Source of the DNA: Dehalococcoidia bacterium
GTDB taxonomy: Bacteria; Chloroflexota; Dehalococcoidia; Lucifugimonadales; Australimonadaceae
Reading direction: 5' to 3'
DNA length: 64,000 nt
Assembly (NCBI GenBank): GCA_965248455.1
Contig: OZ252105.1
Coordinates: 200,993-264,992, forward strand
Shown here one piece after another: positions 18,375 to 27,142 of this stretch. The notes under the pieces were generated by a model. The model did not search any database and was not told where the DNA came from. It was given only the letters and a program-made list of their open reading frames with translations. The first letter of the stretch is position 1. Every line of letters starts with the position of its first letter. Both the position numbers and the translations under genes were made by a program.

Positions 18375-18761
18375 TTATTGTTCGGCTGACTGTTGGTAAC
18401 GAGAGATGATGCTCGTAACGCCGGGGTACACAGAGACTTGTTCTTTGCCGTCCCACCAGATATACGCTTCCAGCTCGCTGCGGTTGAGTTTCACTTTTCC
18501 GCCAGCATGTACTAGCACCACCTTGTGAACGTTGAAACTCTCCTCGCTGTTGTAATCAAAAAGCCGTTCCGCTTTGTATGCCCGCAATCCCAACTCTTCG
18601 CTGAGTTCGCGGCAAGCGGCGGTAAGGGCAGCCTCGCCTCGTTCGATGCCGCCGCCGGGCAATGAGTAATGCTGTCTGCCCTTATCGAGTACCAACAGGT
18701 ACTTACCATCTCTGATTACAAGGGCAGTGGCGCGTTGGCGTTTAGCAACACCTTTACTCAT
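18375..18761 (-). CDS. NUDIX hydrolase (copy 1)
   Basis: Nudix box GGGIERGEAALTAACRELSEELGL. Visibly AT-richer than its surroundings. Confidence 0.85.
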   Translation of the reverse strand: MSKGVAKRQRATALVIRDGKYLLVLDKGRQHYSLPGGGIERGEAALTAACRELSEELGLRAYKAERLFDYNSEESFNVHKVVLVHAGGKVKLNRSELEAYIWWDGKEQVSVYPGVTSIISRYQQSAEQ

Positions 18762-18779
18762 GCCAGACGGACTGCACGG

Positions 18780-20006
18780 CTAACCCACACCCTGGCCGGA
18801 GTAGGCTATCTGGTGCTCCATGAAAACTTCTCGGCGCTCCTCGGAGGATTTGATGATGCCGAGGATGACCTCCTGCGTGGCCTTGCCCCAGTGCGCGTCG
18901 TGGATGCGGACGGGCGTGTCTTCTCGGGTGGCGCGGCACATCTCGTCGACCTCTACGGAGCAGTAGCGCCGGTTGTAGCCGTCGCCCGCGGACACCTCCA
19001 GCTCCTCGTTGCCGTCGTTGCCGTAGATGGTCAGGCCCGTTGGCGTCTGGCGCATGTCGCCGTGCTCGCACGAGACGAGCGTGAGGCCGAAGAACGCATG
19101 CCGCCTGTCCGGCGAGACCGGGTGGTCGATGGGGCGGTTGAGGGAGCCTCCGTAGCGAGTCGTGTCCTTGTACGCCTCCTCGGCGTCGGCGTCGGGGAAG
19201 GCGGCGATGCGCTTCCGGGAACTGACGTGCAGATCCGGGTTCATCGTCGTGCCCTGGAGCGTATAACCGAACGTCAGCTCGGCGCTGTTGAAGTGGCCGT
19301 AGCCGTCGTAAGTGATGGTTGCGGTGTGCCCGTCCACGAAGTCGAGGAACGCGGTGAAGCTGCCGTCGATGGGGCGGTTCGTGTCGACGATGTTGGTCCT
19401 GGCGCGCACGGAGCGCACCATGCCGCCGCCGACCATCCGTGCGATGTCCACCTGGATAGGCCCCTGGCGGCGGACGATGCTGCCGCCCCGGTGCTGCATC
19501 AGCTCCTCCTTGGCGCGCGGACGGTAGATCCAGTCGCTGTAGAACATCGTGTGAATCATCACGACGTTCCCAAGCCTGCCACTGTTGGCGATCTCCGCCA
19601 TCTTCAGAATCGGCAAGTCGAGGCTCTGGGAGTGGCCTACGATCACGCGCGTGCCGTTCCGCTCCGTCGCTTCGATGATGGAATCGCACTCGTCCAGCGT
19701 CAGCCCCATCGGCTTGTCGAGGATGACCTGCTTGCCGCGCTCCGCCGCCATGACGGTATGCGAGGCGTGCATCTCGTCCGGCGTCATCACGTAGACGACG
19801 TCCACCTCGGGGTCGGCGCACAGGCCCTCTGCGTCATCGTAGGCGCGCCCGCCGAAATCGCGCTCGAACCGTTCGCGGGCTTCCGGTCGCGGGTCGGCTG
19901 CCGCCACGATGCGGGCGTTAGGGTTCGCGCGCAGTTCAGGAATCATGTTCATCGCGCCTGCGCCCAGGCCGATGATGCCGAAATTGAGGGGCGTTGAGTT
20001 GGTCAT
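18780..20006 (-). CDS. Gfo/Idh/MocA family oxidoreductase (copy 2)
   Basis: FGIIGLGAGAMN Rossmann motif and ILDKPMGL. ATG 20006 after GGGAG. Lies 90 nt downstream of Rieske paralog 3. Confidence 0.85.
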   Translation of the reverse strand: MTNSTPLNFGIIGLGAGAMNMIPELRANPNARIVAAADPRPEARERFERDFGGRAYDDAEGLCADPEVDVVYVMTPDEMHASHTVMAAERGKQVILDKPMGLTLDECDSIIEATERNGTRVIVGHSQSLDLPILKMAEIANSGRLGNVVMIHTMFYSDWIYRPRAKEELMQHRGGSIVRRQGPIQVDIARMVGGGMVRSVRARTNIVDTNRPIDGSFTAFLDFVDGHTATITYDGYGHFNSAELTFGYTLQGTTMNPDLHVSSRKRIAAFPDADAEEAYKDTTRYGGSLNRPIDHPVSPDRRHAFFGLTLVSCEHGDMRQTPTGLTIYGNDGNEELEVSAGDGYNRRYCSVEVDEMCRATREDTPVRIHDAHWGKATQEVILGIIKSSEERREVFMEHQIAYSGQGVG

Positions 20007-20096
20007 GGTTGCTCCCTGGTAGACGCTTGAAGTGGAACGGACGAAGCGGGAGCGGGCATCCGCCGCCCCCTGCTTCCAACGCAACGCATAGGCGAA

Positions 20097-21374
20097 TCAA
20101 GCCGTTGCGTGCTCCTTCGAGACGTAGTCGGTCTGTGCGAGGAGGTCGACGATCAGGGGCTTGAGCTTGCTCCCGTAGCGCGCGACCTCGTCGATATCGG
20201 ACGTTCGGCTGAGCGTTCCCCAGCCCTCCTGCGGCACGTGGATCATCACGTTCTCCGCCGGGTCGCGGATGACGTTGAGCGGCTCGCCGTTGTCCTCGAC
20301 CACGGACGTCTGCTCGTCGAGCATCTTGCGGTAGAACACCAGCCCACGGTCGGACTCGCCGAGGCGCTCCATCGTGCGGTCCATGACGGGGCCTTGGAGA
20401 ATCCAGACGACGTGATCCTGAGCGAGCGTATCGTCGCTGCGCCATGCGCCGTCCGGGCGCGTCAGCGCGATGTTCGTGTACGGCACTTCATCCTGCTCCG
20501 GCACCTCGATGTCCTCGGGGAACCAGTAGCTCGTCAGTTCGACATGCCATGTGTGGGTATCGTCTATCGGCACGCGGTACTGGAAGAAGTAACGTCCGCC
20601 TCCGCCCTGCTGCAGGAGGTTCGGGAAGAGCAGGGGGTGGCCCACGCTCCACTTGGGGGACTCCTTCGTCGTGTTGCCGTAGATGCGCCGCTTGACGATG
20701 CCGCGCTCGAACTGGTCGAAGCCTATCTCCTTGTGGCGGTCGTAGGCGGCGAGGCTCTCAGCGACGGCGTCGCGCCGTCCTTCCAGCCTGGCGGTGTGCG
20801 CGCCGTAGACGCCGTGCAGCCATTCCAGGTGCACCGGATCCACCGAGTTCTCCATGCATTGCAGCCAGTTGATCGGCAGCTCAGCGATGAACGCCTCGCG
20901 GAGGACGCCCTTCGTCTGAGCGAGGATGTCGTAGTTGGGCAGCAATGGAGCGGGCTGCGGCCCCATGTATGCGAAAACGAGGCCTCCCAGTACCTGCACG
21001 GGGTAGCCCGCGATCTTCACCTTCTCCTTGAAGCGTCCGTCGGGATGCACCGTCTCTTCGAACGGCTGTTCGATGCACTGGCCGGTCTCGTCCATCATCC
21101 AGCCGTGGTACATGCAGCGCAGGCCGTGCTCCTCCGGTATGCCGTAGGAGAGATCGACGCGTCGATGCGGGCAGGCGCGTTCGATGAGTCCGAGCGTACC
21201 GGACTTGTCGCGGTAGAGGACGAGGTCTTCTCCGAGCAGGCGCACCGACTTGGTGGGGCGTTCGTTGAGCTCGGCGGCGGCGGAGATGGGATGCCAGTAG
21301 CGGCGCATCAGTTCGCCCATGGGCGTACCGGGGCCGACTCGTGTTATTCGTTCGTTCTGCTCAGCGGTCAGCAC
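20097..21374 (-). CDS. Rieske oxygenase alpha subunit, paralog 3 (subfamily B)
   Basis: CPHRR...CMYHGW and NSVDPVHLEWLH. GTG start after GGGAGG. Confidence 0.9.
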   Translation of the reverse strand: MLTAEQNERITRVGPGTPMGELMRRYWHPISAAAELNERPTKSVRLLGEDLVLYRDKSGTLGLIERACPHRRVDLSYGIPEEHGLRCMYHGWMMDETGQCIEQPFEETVHPDGRFKEKVKIAGYPVQVLGGLVFAYMGPQPAPLLPNYDILAQTKGVLREAFIAELPINWLQCMENSVDPVHLEWLHGVYGAHTARLEGRRDAVAESLAAYDRHKEIGFDQFERGIVKRRIYGNTTKESPKWSVGHPLLFPNLLQQGGGGRYFFQYRVPIDDTHTWHVELTSYWFPEDIEVPEQDEVPYTNIALTRPDGAWRSDDTLAQDHVVWILQGPVMDRTMERLGESDRGLVFYRKMLDEQTSVVEDNGEPLNVIRDPAENVMIHVPQEGWGTLSRTSDIDEVARYGSKLKPLIVDLLAQTDYVSKEHATA

Positions 21375-21433
21375 TGCCGAACCTCCCTCATACGTTCAGT
21401 ACGCTTTCGGACTTTCGGAGATTGTAACGCTCC

Positions 21434-21958
21434 TCAGGCTCCGTACCACCCATGCTTGTCCACCAAGCCTCGGACGTAGGCGATCTGTCCTGTGTGCTGG
21501 ATGAGGTCTCCGGTTACGCGGGCGATGGAGATCTTGATGGTTTCGTTCTGTGGAACGCCTACCGCGCTCGGCTTCTCCAGGTCCTCGTCCTTTACCGCCT
21601 CGAGGAATGCGCGGGATTTTTCACGCGCGGCTACGAAATAGGCCATGAGCGTTTCGGCGTCCACGGGGTCGAATCCGCGCACCTGTTCCAGCGAGTCGCC
21701 GTTGCCCGTCCCTCTGTCCGGCGCGAGGCCGAAGCGTTCGTGCCAGCTGTCGGCCACCCATGCCTCTTCGGTGCCGAGGAGCTGGGAGTAGTTCCTGTCC
21801 TGCGTACGGGTGAGGTGCCAGGCCGTCCAGCCGATAGGGTTGCCTTCCGGGCCGGATGGCTGCGCCTTGAGCTGCTCGATGCTCAGGCCGGTGAGGGCGC
21901 GGTTGAATACGCCGCCGATGCGGTCGTACGCCGCGTTGGAAATCTCTCCTGCGCTCAT
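21434..21958 (-). CDS. DinB family protein
   Basis: 174 aa. WTAWHLTRTQD and DLIQHTGQIAYVRG are typical DinB/DUF664 His motifs. The longer ORF to 22723 is antisense to the crotonase gene. Confidence 0.75.
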   Translation of the reverse strand: MSAGEISNAAYDRIGGVFNRALTGLSIEQLKAQPSGPEGNPIGWTAWHLTRTQDRNYSQLLGTEEAWVADSWHERFGLAPDRGTGNGDSLEQVRGFDPVDAETLMAYFVAAREKSRAFLEAVKDEDLEKPSAVGVPQNETIKISIARVTGDLIQHTGQIAYVRGLVDKHGWYGA

Positions 21959-22063
21959 TGAAGACCTCGTGTTTTCACGTTGGGTATGGCAGAAGACTAG
22001 CCGCCGTTTCGGAGCCTCGTCAATCGTAGCGTTCATTGGACACCGGGGGAGAGCGTCCATAGA

Positions 22064-22951
22064 ATGCTGCGCGGGCTTCTGCATGGAGCGAGGAGAGAGA
22101 TCACGGCCAATTTCATCGATGTTCAGCGGACCGACGGCGTTGTCCTGATCACGCTCGACCACCCGGAGACGCGGAATGCGCTCGGTGGTGAGATGGCGGC
22201 GGAACTGTACGAGGAGTTCGACCGATTCGAGTCGAGCGCGGAGGATCGCGTGCTGGTGCTCACGGGGCGCGACCCCTCGTTCTGCTCGGGCGCGAACATC
22301 CGGCGCTTCGACGAGGTGATTGACCGCATCGAAAGCAGCGAGCCTGAGTCGCTGCCCTGGGGCGGCATGGAGGCCAGGCTTGGCCAGCCTCAGGCGGGCA
22401 GGGCGGAGGCCGGGTTTGGCTCGGTGTCCAACGTGCCCCTGCGCATCAACGAGATACAGAAACCGACGATAGCGGCGGTGAATGGCCATGCGATAGGCGT
22501 CGGCCTGGGCCTGGCACTGTCGTGCGACATCCGCATTGCATCGGAGAAGGCGGAGTTCGCGGAGGCGTTCGTGCGGATGGGGCTCGTTCCGGGCGACGGC
22601 TCGTGCTGGCAGTTGCCGCGTCTCATCGGCCTGAGCAATACGTACTACATGCAGTACACGGGCGAGCGTTTGAGCGCGGCAGAGGCGTACCGCATGAATC
22701 TGGTGAGCAAGGTGCACCCGCACGACGAGATGCTGACATCAGCGCTCGAATTCGCCGCGCGGCTTGCGGCAGGCGCGACCTACGCGATGTCGCTCACCAA
22801 ATATCTCGTGCAGAAGTCACACAGCATGGAACTCGGCGAGAGCCTGCGGCTTGCGCAAGCGGCGCAGGAGTTGGCCCGGCGTTCCGACGATCATAAGGAA
22901 GCGGTCAAGGCGTTCATCGAGAAGCGTCAGCCGGAGTACAAAGGCAGGTGA
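22064..22951 (+). CDS. enoyl-CoA hydratase/isomerase (crotonase) family protein
   Basis: VVLITLDHPETRNAL, FCSGANI and AAVNGHAIGVGLGLALSCDIRIAS. Start uncertain. Confidence 0.8.
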   Translation: MLRGLLHGARREITANFIDVQRTDGVVLITLDHPETRNALGGEMAAELYEEFDRFESSAEDRVLVLTGRDPSFCSGANIRRFDEVIDRIESSEPESLPWGGMEARLGQPQAGRAEAGFGSVSNVPLRINEIQKPTIAAVNGHAIGVGLGLALSCDIRIASEKAEFAEAFVRMGLVPGDGSCWQLPRLIGLSNTYYMQYTGERLSAAEAYRMNLVSKVHPHDEMLTSALEFAARLAAGATYAMSLTKYLVQKSHSMELGESLRLAQAAQELARRSDDHKEAVKAFIEKRQPEYKGR

Positions 22952-22955
22952 TGCA

Positions 22956-23828
22956 GTGAAGGTTGGAGTGGGGCTCCCGTTCAAGATGCCGACCGATAGC
23001 TGGGACTATATCTCCGAGTTGGCGCGCCGCGCGGACGAAGGGCCGTTCTCCTCGTTCTCCGCGCTCGACCGTCTGGCGTACGACAACTTCGAGGCGATGG
23101 CCGAACTCGCGGCGGTCGCTGCTATCACCAAGCGTCTGCGCCTCGTCACAGCCATCCTGATGGCCCCGCTTCGGAACTCGGGGGTTCTCGCCAAGCAGGC
23201 GGCGACGATCGACGCTATCTCGAACGGCAGGCTGACATTGGGGCTCGCCGTCGGAGGGCGCGAGGACGATTCCATCGTTGCGCCGGTGGAGTTTCACGAT
23301 CGGGGGGACCGATTCGACGAGCAGTTGGTGCACATGCGCCGCATCTGGGCGGGCGAGGTGCTGGAAGGCGCGCAGAGGCCGGTGGGCCCCGCGCCCGTTC
23401 AGCCGGGCGGCCCTGAGATCCTCATAGGAGGCCTGAGCCGGAGGGCGATCGCACGCGTGGGCAAATTCGCGAATGGATACGTCATGGGCGGCAGGGCGCT
23501 CGAGGCCGAGTGGGCGAAAGAGGTCATCACCGACGTCGAGAAGTCGTGGGCGGATCATGGACGCGAGGGCAAGCCGCGTATCATCGTTACGCTGCCGTGC
23601 GCGCTTGGCCCCGGCGCCGAGGACGCAGTCTCCGATGCGCTCGGCGACTACTACGGCGGTCGGCAAGCCTCGGCTGCTTCCCGCCAGGCGCGCCTGCAAC
23701 CCACGTCCCCGGAGATCATCAGAGACGCCATCCGATTGCACGAGGAGCTGGGCACGGACGAGATAATCTTCCGCTCCGTGACGGCGGATCTGGATCAGCT
23801 CGACAGGTTGGCTGACGCCATCAGCTGA
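22956..23828 (+). CDS. luciferase-like (LLM class) flavin/F420-dependent oxidoreductase
   Basis: VKVGVGLPF..., ISNGRLTLGLAVGGREDD and RFDEQLVHMRRIWAGE. GTG start just after the crotonase stop. Confidence 0.8.
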   Translation: MKVGVGLPFKMPTDSWDYISELARRADEGPFSSFSALDRLAYDNFEAMAELAAVAAITKRLRLVTAILMAPLRNSGVLAKQAATIDAISNGRLTLGLAVGGREDDSIVAPVEFHDRGDRFDEQLVHMRRIWAGEVLEGAQRPVGPAPVQPGGPEILIGGLSRRAIARVGKFANGYVMGGRALEAEWAKEVITDVEKSWADHGREGKPRIIVTLPCALGPGAEDAVSDALGDYYGGRQASAASRQARLQPTSPEIIRDAIRLHEELGTDEIIFRSVTADLDQLDRLADAIS

Positions 23829-23830
23829 CC

Positions 23831-25117
23831 ATGACAACCGAGCCGGAAGGACAGGAACCCGATACGCTGGAGGCTCCTCCTCCGCCTCGCGGTATACGGG
23901 AGTGGGCGAGGCGTAACGATACCCTCGTCGCGCTCCTTCTTCCTGCGTTCCTCCTTGGTTTGGGCAGAGGTTTCATCGTTCCGGTGCTGCCGGGGATAGC
24001 GATGGGTTTCGGCGCGAATGCCGCCGGAGCCGGTCTCATGATATTCGTGCCCATGCTCGGCGGGGTCTTCTCGACGTTGCCGACCGGCTACTTCATCGAC
24101 AAGATAGGCCGCAGGAAGATCCTCATATCGAGCACGCTGCTGGCGTCCGCCTCGGCGCTGCTTGCGCTCCGCGCCACCAGTTACGCCGAGCTTCTGCTCT
24201 ACCTTGGCCTTGGCGGAGTCGCGCAGCAGGTATGGCAGATGAGCCGCCTGACGGTGATCGCCGACTCCGGAGCGCAGTCTCAGCGCGGGCGGATGATCAC
24301 GGGCATGGCGGGAGCGAGCCGCGCCGGCATGATGCTTGGTCCGCTGCTGGGCGGCATCGTCGGCGAGGTGTTCAGCTTGCGCGCGCCCTTCCTGCTGTTC
24401 GGCATCGCGGCGTTTCTCGCTACGATTCCCACCTACCTGTTCGTACTGGAGACAGCGCCAACGGTGCTCGCGCGGCGCAGGGGCGAGAGCGTCGATACGA
24501 CGGATACGTCGTGGAGCAAACTGCTCACGCGCTCGGTGGTCGTGTTGTTCGCGGCGCAGTTCATGGCGAACATCGGACGAGGCGGCGCGCAGGGGCAGGC
24601 GGGCATCTACGTCATCTTTGCTGCATATGCGTACGGCCTCAGCGCTGGCGCTCTAGGCGGCGTCAGTTCCGCGATGGCAGTGATCAGCATCCCCGTTACG
24701 CTGATGGCAGGCCAGGTGATGGACCGCTTTGGCCGCAAGCGCACCATCGTTCCGGCGAGCGCGCTGCTGGGCGTGGGCCTCTGGTCGATGGCGTCAGTGG
24801 CAGGCGGCGAGTTCCCGCTGCCGTTCTTTATCATCGCGTTCATCATCATCAACCTGGCCGTGTCGTTCATGGCGGGTTCGATGCAGACGCTGGGCTCGGA
24901 CATAGCGCCTCCCGGAGCGCGAGGCAAGTTCTTCGGCGTCAACCGTCTCATCGCAGAGGCTGGCTCGATGAGCAACCCGGGCATCTTCATCGTGGCGACG
25001 GCGCTGGTGACCGGCGCGGCGGGGTTTGCGGCGGCGTTCGCGTCCATGGGGGCGTTTGCGCTGATCGCATCGTCGCTCGTGGGGCTTCTGCTGCGGGAGA
25101 CGTTGCGGAAGGGTTAG
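23831..25117 (+). CDS. MFS transporter
   Basis: About 12 hydrophobic segments and the MFS loop motif GYFIDKIGRRK. Confidence 0.85.
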   Translation: MTTEPEGQEPDTLEAPPPPRGIREWARRNDTLVALLLPAFLLGLGRGFIVPVLPGIAMGFGANAAGAGLMIFVPMLGGVFSTLPTGYFIDKIGRRKILISSTLLASASALLALRATSYAELLLYLGLGGVAQQVWQMSRLTVIADSGAQSQRGRMITGMAGASRAGMMLGPLLGGIVGEVFSLRAPFLLFGIAAFLATIPTYLFVLETAPTVLARRRGESVDTTDTSWSKLLTRSVVVLFAAQFMANIGRGGAQGQAGIYVIFAAYAYGLSAGALGGVSSAMAVISIPVTLMAGQVMDRFGRKRTIVPASALLGVGLWSMASVAGGEFPLPFFIIAFIIINLAVSFMAGSMQTLGSDIAPPGARGKFFGVNRLIAEAGSMSNPGIFIVATALVTGAAGFAAAFASMGAFALIASSLVGLLLRETLRKG

Positions 25118-25194
25118 GCGCGCGGCATGAAGCGCATCGAGCAACAGTGAACACATCTGTTGACTGCAACAGAACTTTGCATATGCTATAGGCG

Positions 25195-25383
25195 ATGACC
25201 GCGAATGAACTGCGTCGCTGGCTCAGGAGCCGGGGTTGTACTTTCCACACACACAAAGGCGGCAGTGGACACCTCACGGTCAGACACGAAAACCGCACAT
25301 CGCAACTGCCGATGCATGGTAATCAGAAAGAACTCGGCCCGAAGCTTGTCGCGAAGATCAAGAAAGACCTGGGGTTGGAGTGA
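25195..25383 (+). CDS. hicA: type II toxin HicA (mRNA interferase)
   Basis: 62 aa. ELRRWLRSRGCTFHTHKGGSGHLTV is the canonical HicA sequence. Confidence 0.85.
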   Translation: MTANELRRWLRSRGCTFHTHKGGSGHLTVRHENRTSQLPMHGNQKELGPKLVAKIKKDLGLE

Positions 25384-25799
25384 TGATTGACTACCCGATT
25401 CGATTGGAAGCCGACGACGACGGCAGCATGCTGGTAACCGCGCCTGACTTTGCGGAGCTCACCACGTTCGGGGAGGATCGGGATGAGGCTCTCATCCGCG
25501 CGGTGGATGCGCTGGAAGAGGCCATCGCGGCGCGGATACATGCCGGTCAGGACATCCCTACGCCCTCGCCAGGTCAGATTCGTGTCGTGTTGCCAACCCT
25601 TACGGCAGTGAAAGTTGCTCTCTACCAGACCATGAGAAACCAGGGCATCGGCAAGGCCGAGTTGGCGCGCCGCCTGGGCTGGCATCTGCCGCAGGTCGAT
25701 CGTGCGCTGGACATTCAGCATCACTCACGGATGGACCAGATGGACGCTGCCCTAGGCGCGGTCGGCTACAGGCTTCAGGTCAGCGCTTCGCCAAGGTAG
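25380..25799 (+). CDS. hicB: type II antitoxin HicB with C-terminal HTH
   Basis: Overlaps the hicA stop by 4 nt. YPIRLEADDDGSMLVTAPDF HicB fold plus an IGKAELARRLGW HTH. Confidence 0.8.
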   Translation: MMIDYPIRLEADDDGSMLVTAPDFAELTTFGEDRDEALIRAVDALEEAIAARIHAGQDIPTPSPGQIRVVLPTLTAVKVALYQTMRNQGIGKAELARRLGWHLPQVDRALDIQHHSRMDQMDAALGAVGYRLQVSASPR

Positions 25800-25842
25800 T
25801 GGCTCCACGCTTTGCCGCTACGCAACGTTTCTCGGGACACGC

Positions 25843-27012
25843 CTAGGCGAGCAGCGGGGCGCGCTGAGCCGGCGCTGGCGGCAGTTCGTGGGTACGCGGC
25901 TGCCCGACCGAACCGCCATCGAGGTTCTCGATAGACATCGTGCTTGCGCCATACACGATGTACTCCTGCCCCGTCTGGAAGCGCTCGCGCTCGATCATGC
26001 TGGAGAGCAGTTGCGCTGCGCCGCGCCCCACACGACCGATGGGGATGGTTACGAAGGTGAAGGGCCTGCGGTCGTGCTGAGGGAGCACCTCCCGATTGCC
26101 GAGGGAGATGATGCTGATGTCGTCAGGCCAGCGTACCCCTGCCGCGTAGCAGGCGCGCACGAGGAGAGAGAGATGCGAAGGGGGCGTGAAGATCGCCGTG
26201 GCGCTTGCAAAGGCCTCCGTGAGCTCCGGGCTCGCCTCCGTGTCGGATTCCCATACCAGCGCATCCTCATCGAAAGGCAGGCCCAGGTTCGCCCAGGCTT
26301 TGTCCAGCCCGCGGTAGCGTCCGCCGAAACCGGCACCGGTTCCACCGAGGACGGCTCGTATCCGGGAATGGCCGAGGTTCGCCAACACTCCCACCGCGCG
26401 TTCGACGGCGGCTACCGAATCCCACCCGATGCTGCCTACGCCGGGGGGTAACGAAACGGAGCCGGTCCAAGGCTTCAGGAGCACGACGGGGATGTCGGCG
26501 GCGACGGCGGGCCCCAGCGAAGAGAACAGATCGTCGTCGGGATCCGGTACGTCTCCGGGAACGCCGCAGAGCAACAGCCCCGCGACGCCGGTCGTTACCG
26601 CCTGCCGTATGTATGCTCGCCGCAGCCGGTGCTCAGCGGTGCAATCAACGATCAGGCACTGATAGCCCAACCCTTCGAGGGCGTTGCGGACGACGATGGT
26701 GATGGGCCCGAACAGTCCGGAGTTCATCAGATTCCAGGTCATCAACATGACGGTAGGCTGAGAGCCCTGTGCCTTCAGCGTGAACCTGCCGGGAGCGAGG
26801 CCCTGCGCCTCGAGTTCGCGCACGACCATTTGGGAGAGTTCGTCCGAGGGGACGCCCATGTCCTCAAGCAATGCGCAGAGCTGGCCTATCTTCCGGGTCG
26901 GGATGCTAACCCGTCCGCTGCACCAGTTATGCACCGTCTGCACAGAGACGTTGAGCCTGTGCGCCAGATTGGAGCGGGAGAGGTGGTGTGATTTGAGCAA
27001 TAGACTGAGCAT
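25843..27012 (-). CDS. transcriptional regulator: XRE-type HTH fused to a LacI-type periplasmic-binding-protein-like sensor domain
   Basis: LSRSNLAHRLNVSVQTVHNWCSG HTH, then a PBP-like domain. Divergent from the tctC genes. Confidence 0.75.
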   Translation of the reverse strand: MLSLLLKSHHLSRSNLAHRLNVSVQTVHNWCSGRVSIPTRKIGQLCALLEDMGVPSDELSQMVVRELEAQGLAPGRFTLKAQGSQPTVMLMTWNLMNSGLFGPITIVVRNALEGLGYQCLIVDCTAEHRLRRAYIRQAVTTGVAGLLLCGVPGDVPDPDDDLFSSLGPAVAADIPVVLLKPWTGSVSLPPGVGSIGWDSVAAVERAVGVLANLGHSRIRAVLGGTGAGFGGRYRGLDKAWANLGLPFDEDALVWESDTEASPELTEAFASATAIFTPPSHLSLLVRACYAAGVRWPDDISIISLGNREVLPQHDRRPFTFVTIPIGRVGRGAAQLLSSMIERERFQTGQEYIVYGASTMSIENLDGGSVGQPRTHELPPAPAQRAPLLA

Positions 27013-27142
27013 GTGATGCCTTGGGCAAGCCAACCCAACGAAATTACAGCATCCAGGCACGGAGTTTGCAATCATTCGGGGCAGTGCCTATGCTCCAGTG
27101 GATTAAATCGGCAATCCGTTATGCACCGGGTAGGGAGGGAAC

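Noticed and set aside
25141-25194. Promoter/operator upstream of hicA (TTGACT at 25161; CAACAG/CTGTTG inverted repeats).
   Set aside because: No acceptable -10 lies at a proper spacing. The inverted repeats are only 6 nt. Too weak to list as a feature.
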